64,000 bases of DNA, taken from the NCBI RefSeq assembly GCF_009914755.1, contig NC_060927.1; one strand, written 5' to 3'. Numbering within the stretch: position 1 is the first letter of the stretch; each line of letters opens with the position of its first letter. Below, one piece after another: positions 54,831 through 64,000 of the stretch. Below the pieces are notes generated by a model, which saw only the letters and a list, made by a program, of their open reading frames with translations, had not been told where the DNA came from and made no database searches. The position numbers and the translations under genes are program-made. This stretch comes from the human T2T-CHM13v2.0 reference genome, Homo sapiens.

Positions 54831-55754
54831 CTGATATGTCCCCAAGTCATAGATTAAGAAATAATGCTTGACACGTAGGTGACCATTTTATTTTCCAAAT
54901 CCTTCATTCCAAATATGTAGTTCTTCTTTATGCTTCATGGTAGTATGCCCTAGAAAATGCTAATCCATATGAGTATACATTTATAATTTATACCTTATTT
55001 AGCTGGTGGCTAAAAACAGTGCTTAATCAAACCAGAGACATATAAGAAACTACACTGCAATTCATTAAGAATATGGACAAATCTATACAACCTTGCAATC
55101 AGTAACTTATGTTGAAGACGGAGCACAGGATATGGATATAGTAGAAATGAATTCTACTTACTGTACTTAGAGCAAATCAACTCTCACTTCAGAGCCTCAA
55201 AGTAAGGTAATGAATTTCAGGAATTTTAAAGTGATCTCTAATTCTCACTCATCAAAATTTTAATACCCTTTTCCACTACTTCAAGAAACCCTCTCTTTTT
55301 AGTTTCTTATTCTTAAAACACCTGAGTGTGTATTTTCTTTTTCCTGCAACATATGTTTAAATTTATACTGCTGCCCTTAGATGAATAATAAAAGCAATGA
55401 CTCTCTCTCTTATGGGCAAATATACCATTTGCTTATTTTAAGAAAATGATGTCTCTATAATTGTCAACATGAATATATATATTCATGTAACACTTTGAGA
55501 ATATATGTAACACTGCGAAAGTGTCTTCTTTTACTATTATTGCTATAGAATTCACTTTTCCAGACTAAGCATACTCAATTTTCTTCCTATTTTCAAAATG
55601 GAAATAATTTCCTTACTCATCCCTTGAATTCTCTTAAATCATCTGTCATTCTCAAGACAAAATGCAAGCATGGTCCCATTAGCATTAATTTTTCAAGCTG
55701 GGCATTGTCACGCAAAGTCATATTCATTTTTGATGGGGTTGTTCTGTGAATTCA

Positions 55755-55885
55755 CTTTCATTCATTTATTCAACAAATACTGAATACCTAATATGTGCCA
55801 GGTATTCTTTTAGGTGCTGGAGACATAGCAGTACAAAATGCAGATAAAGCTCATTGCCCCCATGAAGCTTATATTCTAATTAAAT
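55755..55885 (-). mobile_element. L2 3' end
   Basis: ttcattcatttattcaacaaatactgaatacctaatatgtgccaggtattcttttaggtgctggagacatagcag. Confidence 0.8.
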
Positions 55886-56279
55886 CTTTTGGTTTCAATG
55901 GTATAATGATTATACTATTGCTACTATCAATGAACTTATCCATATCCATTATCAAGGCGTTACTCATTATTAAGAATTTATTACAGGCCAACACAGAGAT
56001 AAAGCAGGTATTGTCAATGCCCTTAAGTAGTTCATAACCAAAAAGAAGTCAGCCAGTCATATACACAATAAATACATACAGATGAAACAGCATAAAATCA
56101 TAAGAGATGTACAGTTTGTTCAGAGAAAAAGTAGAATGTACAGTTAAATCAGAAACAGGCTTCAAAGACAAAAGGCTTTTAGAGGATGGCATAATTAGTG
56201 AAAGAAATAACATAAGCAAGTATAGGATAGAATAAAAAAAGTATGGTATATATAAGTAATATTTTAGTAGTAAGAAGAC

Positions 56280-56935
56280 ATAATAAAACAAGTAGGTATA
56301 TTAGATAGTGGTAAGGGTTCTAAAGATGAAAACAAAATTCAAGTAGGCAAAGGAGACTGAAATATTGAGGATAGGGACTGAGATGTATATAGATTAACTA
56401 GAAAAGATCTTTTTGAGAAAAGGCTTCCCTTTTGAGTGGAGTATGAAGATTATGAGGGATTGAGCTATTTAGATATTTGGAAGGACATTCCAGAAAGAGG
56501 GGGATAGCTGGTCCCAATGCCTTCAGGCAAGAACATGGTTGGTGTGTTTGAGGAACAGCAAGATGGCCAGTGGAAAGAAAGAGGAGAGATAATATGTGAG
56601 GAGGGATGAAGGAGACAACGGGTGAGATTATATAAAACGTTATTGGTCATAGGAAAAAGGTCATTGGCTTTTACCCCGAATGATATGTGATGAAAGGGAT
56701 TGAGCAAAGAAGTGAGTTTATTTCGTTTTATCTTTTAACTGGGTCACTCTGGCTGCTGTGTGGAAAATAGGCTGATGCGGGGAAGCTTTAAGTAAAGAGA
56801 CCAGTTAGAGAGTTATTGCAAGAGTCCATACAAAGAGGATAGTAGCTTGGACTAGGGAGTGGCAATAGGGGTATTGAGAATTGCTGGAAATCTGTATATG
56901 TATACACTGAAAGTAGCAGTGAATTCACTACTGTG
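56280..56935 (-). mobile_element. L2a-type fragment
   Basis: ggtgtgtttgaggaacagcaagatggccagtg..gggtcactctggctgctgtgtggaaaatagg..agaccagttagagagttattgca. Confidence 0.78.
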
Positions 56936-57079
56936 TTCCAATTCAATGCAAAAGCTATTGTACTATTTGCTCTTACAATTTTGCCTTCTTTTGTAATGTG
57001 TTTAAAATAAAAAGTTTCCCATTTTTCAAAGGTGAAAACAAAAATCATTGTCATCTTGTAGGCTTGCAAAATTTCAGAT

Positions 57080-57295
57080 CTATCAGAGATACTGGATATT
57101 ATCTTTTCTAAACGCTTCATTTTACAGAGTAGAAAACAAAGGATTCATTCCTCAGAGGAGAAATGAGGGGTGGGGGAAGTAAACCAAGGAACAGAAAGTT
57201 TGTGGGACTTAAATAAGTTCACTCAGCTATTTAGAGAAAGAACCTGGACTGGAAACCAGGCTGTCTGACTCACAGCCCAAGCTACTTTGTCTTAC
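57080..57295 (-). mobile_element. MIR relic
   Basis: cttcattttacagagtagaaaac..ggactggaaaccaggctgtctgactc. Confidence 0.55.
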
Positions 57296-58195
57296 AATCG
57301 GTGATATTTAAGGGGTTTGTACTGTTCGTTTAAAGTTCTGTTCTGTTATTTTGATTTAACAAACATTGAGTGAAAGCCACAGGTATCTCAAACTGAAAAG
57401 TCTTCAGGCCCTAGGCAGGTAGGAAGAAAATGTGGGGAAAAAAGTAGATGCATCTGTTGCTTACATACAATCATTCCCCCTTCCCAAGCATGCCAGCTAA
57501 ATGAAACACATTTGTAGCTCTTTGGATTTTGGAAAATCTCCATTGCTTGGCTAAGCAGAAGGGCAAATAAGGAAGTCATACTCTAATAGGGAAAACACAA
57601 AAGCAGATAAGGAATTGCAGTATATAATGTGACTTGCGCAGCTGTAAACAAATGCATAACCCTCAAATACAGCAGAGTGAAGTGAGTGAGCGTGGGGTTC
57701 TGTATGGGGGTGACAGTTGAGACAAGATGGCTAAAGAAGACCTCACATGGACAAAAGAAACAAGAGTTGAGGAGGGTTTTGAAGGGTGAGAGTGGCTTGC
57801 CTCCTGGATAAGATTGGCAAAGACATCGCAAGCAAAATAAATTTGCATATGTAAAAGCTCCAAGACATACAAATCTGTGATACAGGCTTACCTATATCAC
57901 TACATATTTTTCATATTTTTTTCTTTTTTTTTTGTAATCCTCCAAACTTATATTTGATCATATATCTGTCCAGAATTGAGCCTTGACTCTCTTCAAGTAA
58001 TTAATCAAAATGTAACAGATTTCACACATTGTTTAAGATGATAGAAAGTTTGAATTTCAGTGTCTACAGACCTCTGCTTTCCCTATTATATTAGGAGTCA
58101 GATCCCCATAGAAATAGGCTTCACAGTCCCAGAACAGAGATTGCTTTCATTAGCAAATGTGAGCACTTCAAATCCTGGGGGCAGAGGAAAGATGC

Positions 58196-58381
58196 CAGTT
58201 GTACTTGCTGCAGTGCATCAGAATAATCTGGATGGCTTGTCAAAACACAGATTGCTGGGCCCCAGCCTCACAGTCTCTGATTCAGCATGTCTGAAGTGAT
58301 GCTGGAAAATGTGTATTTCTAACAAGTTCTCAGATACATAGATGCTGCTGGTCTAGGGACTAGACATTTTATGAATCACTG
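58196..58381 (-). mobile_element. MER5A
   Basis: gtgcatcagaataatctggatggcttgtcaaaacacagattgctgggccccag..tttctaacaagttctcag..gatgctgctggtctagggac..atcactg. Confidence 0.82.
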
Positions 58382-58529
58382 ACTTATTCTTCAATACCCA
58401 CCAGTGTAAACACCTTCAAATTCTTCCATATAATAATAGCTGCCACTGCTAAGAATTCTATTTCTGTTAAAATGGTCACTGTGTATGAGCTCCTTGAAAA
58501 CAAGGGGTCTCTCATCCCTGTTGATGAAA

Positions 58530-58700
58530 ATAATGACAGCAGATGACATTTATTAAGAATTACTGTGTTCTAGGTACTTTTAAGGAATCAAACCATTTAA
58601 ACTACACAACAGCCCTATGATCTAAATATTATTATTATTGTCATTTAACAAATGAGGAAATTTAACAGAGAGGGGTTAAATAACTAATTCAAGGGCAAAG
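58530..58700 (-). mobile_element. MIR
   Basis: cacaacagccctatga..attattattgtcatttaacaaatgaggaaatttaacagagaggggttaaataac. Confidence 0.75.
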
Positions 58701-59174
58701 AATCTCAAGTCAGATTACTTGGACCCAAATTCTGGTTTTAGCATTTATGTATTTAACTCTCTAGATCTTTAAACACACTTTGAGACTATCACACAGGGAT
58801 TTGCAAACTGATGATTTCCTGCCTGCTGGTAACATATCTTTCAGAACAAAGGGTATTTAGGGAAATGGAGGCTGTCAATCAGTTTTTCTGAGCATACCTT
58901 TACTTCTATATCAGAAGTAAATAAAAGACTATCAAAATCTTAGTGATTCTTGGCTCCTCTAATGTTGTACTATCTGAATTTGTATAAATCAGAGAATGTT
59001 TATGTGACTTGCCCACGGCCAAAGCACTAGTCATCACACAGAGCCAAAAACAGATCAAAGACAACCTCAGTCCTCAGCTCTTTCTAGGAATACACTTGGT
59101 TAAGGAGCTCCAATAAGATTTTTAAATACTATGTATTCTGCCTAGAAATATGCCCATAAAAAGTCACAGAGTAA

Positions 59175-59547
<373 letters not shown>

Positions 59548-60536
59548 GGGAGCAGAAGTCTTATGATCAAAAATATATATAAGATCAAGAAGAAAGTGAG
59601 GAGCCAAGGCTGAAGAATCTGGAGGAGTTATCCCCTTATGATTTTATGTAAGGGGGTAAGCCATTCAAGAAAATAACTAGTGTTTGCTAAAATTTTCCAC
59701 AAATATTATTTGGAGGCACTATCTTTAAAATTAAAACACAGTCAATGAAAACAAATTTCTAACAAATTTAGAACATCTGTTTAATTTTTTGTAGTACCTG
59801 CATGCCCTTGTGATAAGAAATAGATTTCCTTCATAATTTTCCTCAGCTAACCATTTGGATCATACTTCTGTTCATAGTTTAGCAATAAAAGCTTCTGCTG
59901 ACTTTGGCTGTGTCTATATACTTGTGACTGGTGGTATCAAAACATCATATGTTTGGTATTGTATAGAAAACATAACGAGTGACTAAACTTTTACATTTCC
60001 AATTGGTTTTCTGAAAATCAGACACAGAACATTTTGAAATGTTTGTTGTTGCTAAACTCACAGTGAATTTAGTACGTTCATAAAATCTAATGAAAGTGTA
60101 TTTGTATTCATAACTGATAAGAACATAAAGTATTAGAAGTCTAGACTGAGAGAATCTTAAGAAATAAATTCCAGATTAACTAAATATCAAATATAAGAAA
60201 AGAAAGAATACGTTACAAAAAACAAAACATAGGAGACTTTTTAAATAATTTTGGATAAATAAAGGCTTTTTAAATTGGAAAGAAAAGCTGACGGCAGAAA
60301 AGCACATTTAAAATAAACAAAAAAGAATAAAGCATGGCAAAAAAAAATATCGGAGGCAACAGAATTAGAAAAAAAAGGTAAATCACAACAAAGAACTGAT
60401 TTTTTAAATACAGATTTCCTAAAAATAAGAAAAGACATTTCATAGAATCAGATATAGACAGACAGTTCATAGAAAAGGAAGTAAAGATCACCCTTAAACA
60501 AGTGTTCAACCTAACTCATAATTTAAAAAAAATTAA

Positions 60537-60888
<352 letters not shown>

Positions 60889-61363
60889 AAAACCAAAAGT
60901 TTGATAACACATTTTGTTGACTAGATGATAAGGAAACACAATTTTAGAGTAAATTTGCATAATGGAGAGCAATTAGGTGACATCTTTCAGAATGAAGAAA
61001 GCACATACCCTTGACCCAGCAATTCTACTTCTAGGTAACTATCCTATAAATACATTTGCATATATGAAAAATGACTTATATAGGAGGATATTCTTTATAG
61101 GATTGTTTGTATTAGCAAAATACCTAATAGGAAATTAAGTATTTAAATTATCCATTTAAATATGTATTATATGAAAAAATCTTGCAGATATACATTTTAA
61201 GTTAAAAGAAGGTGCTGATAGATCAATATAGTAGATAGATAAAGACAGATGGATGGATGGATAGATATTGTACATGTTGATAAGTGCATAGACTATATCA
61301 GGAAAATATCAAGAATGTGCCCAGGTGGCAATGGAGGGTGTGAATGAAAATTGCTTTTGACTG

Positions 61364-61917
61364 TGTCAATGACTTCCAATGAATATCATAAACACACCCA
61401 AGGTTGAACAAAGTTTGTTTTAATAACACTCGGCAAGGAGGAAAAATACACACCAGAGCAGAACTGGGGTTTCTTGGTAAGAGGATGTAAGAAAAGATTT
61501 ACAGGATTTGGGTGTGTGTCAAGTGGTTTTAAGGAGGGCTCAAAGATATGTGAATCTGCCCCAGATTGGATGCTCTAAGGATGTGGGTGTAATTCTATGG
61601 CTACTATCTTAGTAATTCTTTTCTAGAAGGCAAGAAGAACAGAGCAAGGTTAAAGCTGTGTTTGGTAAAGAAGCAGCAGCCACCCACATAATCTAGGACA
61701 GAGACATATTTGTTCATTTTGTAATTTAGGAAACATTTTTGTTTTCGTCGTGTTCAGACATGATTACAGGGTCTTGCTTTTATCTTGACCCATCATGTCT
61801 CAGTGGCTTTGTCTAATTGCAAATGTGAAATTGTCTATATTCAACAGAAGGAGACCAAGTCTTCTTGGGAGTGTCAAGCCACCTGCTGGCTGTCAGGGAC
61901 TGTTTTGCTATTTCTCA
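61364..61917 (-). mobile_element. MER67-type ERV1 solo LTR
   Basis: Reverse complement starts tgagaaatagcaaaacagtccctgacag..gttgaatatagacaatttcac..gtaatcatgtctgaacac; TSD actg/acta. Confidence 0.78.
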
Positions 61918-62879
61918 ACTATACGCCCTTTTGTGCCTTTATAATTTGGTGCCACATACTTATCTTACCTATTCAAAATAATTTTTAAAAGAATATCAGG
62001 ACTAAATGAGACCTTAAAAGTCACTGAGTTCTGAAACCATGCCCCTCCCACCACCACTCTGCTTCCTCCTCCCACACCAAGGGGGTTTTCTTGTAAACCT
62101 CTCCCTTTGCCTCAAGTGCCAGGACAGCATCTGCTTCAGTATCTCCAGTCTTTCCACCGTACTAACTTGTCAGGCAGCCCATTCCATATCAAATGCTCTT
62201 AATATTTTATTGTTCAGAGGTAAAGAGAACAATACCTTTGGTTATAATATCTTTGTTGTTTTCTCCCTAGCGTTTTTGACCTCTTCAAATGTATCTTGTC
62301 CTATGGTAACTCAGGAAACAAAATAATTAGCTTTTTAATTTTATGTAAAATATTCCTATTAATACCCTCCAAACTGCCATTGTCTTTTTTGTTCCAGTGT
62401 TCCAACACAGTTTTGTGCTTTTTATCATTACATTTGCAGAGATTCTTATCTGTTCCTGCCGACAAATCCATTTGTGTTTTGTACTCAATTACATATAATT
62501 AGTCTTTTCTTCATGAACAAAAGAACAGGTGTCTTTATCAATTCTGTGAAATATACCATGGTAAGGTTGGTTAGACCTAATGATGTCTAGTGAACCAAAC
62601 AACACATTTCTGACAGATGCTCATAGTAACAAGATTCTTTTTTCAAACAATCAACTGCTTCTACTCCTACACACACAAAGTAGAGAAAGAAAAGACATTT
62701 TAACAACTTAGAGGTTTATAATTTTTCTATGAAACAAATGAGTAGAATTTAAATCCTTCTTCGATATTTTGACTTCTAATCCCCACTCTGACAAAGTATA
62801 TGTAAAATTATTTGTTTTTATTTGATATTCTTCATTAAAATATGTGGGGAAAGTGTCAGAAGAAAGCACATTAGTTGAA

Positions 62880-63075
62880 AAACTGGTAACATTTTAATAA
62901 AAGCTATAGCACTCTGTAAATAATATTCACTAGTGTCAATTTTCTGATGTTGATCAGTATGTTGTTACGTAACATGGTACCATTAGTAGAAGCTGGGTAA
63001 AAAGTATAAAGGAATTCACTTTTATTACTTTGTAATTTTTCTGAAGTCTTAAATGATTTTTTAAGTTAAAAAATA
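62880..63075 (+). mobile_element. L1MC/MD 3' terminal fragment
   Basis: tgtcaattttctgatgttgatc..cattagtagaagctgggtaaaaagtata..gtaatttttctgaagtct. Confidence 0.65.
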
Positions 63076-63080
63076 TGTGG

Positions 63081-63375
63081 GGCCAGGCACGGTGACTCAC
63101 GCCTGTAATCCCAGCACTTTGGGAGGCCGAGGCGGGTGGATCACCAGGTCAGGAGATCGAGACCATCCTGGCCAACATGGTGAAACCCCATCTCTACTAA
63201 AAATACAAAAATTAGCTGGGTGTGGTGGCATGTGCCTGTAACCCCAGCAACTTGGGAGGCTGAGGCAGGAGAATCACTTGAACCAGGGAGTCAGAGTTTG
63301 TACTGAGCCGAGATCACACCACTATACTCCAGCCTAGTGACAGAGTGAGACTCCATCTCAAAAAGAAAAAAAAAA
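63081..63375 (+). mobile_element. AluSc
   Basis: ggatcaccaggtcaggagatcgagaccatcctggccaacatgg; TSD-like aaaaa(t)atgtggg on both sides. Confidence 0.92.
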
Positions 63376-63409
63376 ATGTGGGTAACAGTATTTTAGCCAA
63401 TGACCTACA

Positions 63410-63470
63410 GCCACTGAACTCCAGCCTGGGCAACAGAGCGAGATTCCGTCTCAAAAAAAAAAACAAACAA
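63410..63470 (+). mobile_element. Short Alu 3' fragment
   Basis: ccactgaactccagcctgggcaacagagcgagattccgtctc(A)n. Confidence 0.85.
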
Positions 63471-63504
63471 CTTTTCTACATATTGACGGAGACGTTCATG
63501 CACC

Positions 63505-63750
63505 TAGTCATTCATCATTCACTTTGTATTGAGTGCTTACTATGTATTACAGACCATTCATTCTAGGTTCTAATGATGCATGAGGCATCAATCAAAATCT
63601 TTTCACTCATGGAACATACATTCTTCTGGGAAAGAAGATCAAAAATAAATAAACAGCAACAATACATATTTCAGAAAGTGGGATATGAAAATAGAGTTCC
63701 AAGGTGAGAAGTGTAATTTTTAAAGGACTGTTAAGGAAGGCATCTTCAAC
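63505..63750 (-). mobile_element. L2 3' end
   Basis: tcattcatcattcac..gtattgagtgcttactatgt..actcatggaacatacattct. Confidence 0.65.
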
Positions 63751-63764
63751 ACCTATAAGACAGA

Positions 63765-64000
63765 TCTTAGCAGCACTATTTGTAATGGCCTTAACATAGA
63801 AACAATGATTATACACAAAAAGGAAAATGAATAAATATGTTTGTATACATTCATACAGTGGGATATTTTACAAAAATGAAAGAAATAAAGCAAATAAATA
63901 TATTACCATATACAAACCTCACAACCATAATATTGGGGATTAAAGTACATAAAATATATTTATGATAATGTTCTAACTTATAAAATATTTTAAAATATGC
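63765..64000 (+). mobile_element. L1M 3' fragment
   Basis: tagcagcactatttgtaatggcc..atacattcatacagtgggatatttta..aaacctcacaaccataatattg. Confidence 0.65.

Noticed and set aside
62578-62640. Possible C/D-box snoRNA (atgatg..ctga)
   Set aside because: Imperfect C box, no terminal D box or stem; the same applies to atgatg..ctga at ~12257

Overview
AT-rich primate (human-like) genomic DNA dominated by interspersed repeats. It contains about 18 Alu copies or fragments (AluJ to a near-pristine AluY), a full-length ~8 kb L1MA2/3-type LINE-1 at 22062-30059, and several older L1M fragments. It also has solo LTRs (THE1, MSTB, MLT1, MER21, MER39, MER67), DNA transposon remnants (MER5, MER94, Zaphod, a piggyBac MER85 MITE), MIR/L2 relics and microsatellites. 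I recognise no protein-coding exon, RNA gene or CRISPR array, and the supplied ORFs look repeat-derived or random. The window is most likely intronic or intergenic. The L1 orientation bias hints at a minus-strand host gene. The best leads are a MER85 with a perfected internal palindrome and a missing 3' TIR, a possible spliced plus-strand transcript (9050-9194 joined to 11271-~11475) beside an RFX/NF-Y motif cluster, and a very young AluY. I cannot support a new biological system from sequence alone. Repeat family names come from recalled consensus sequences, and boundaries of old repeats are approximate.
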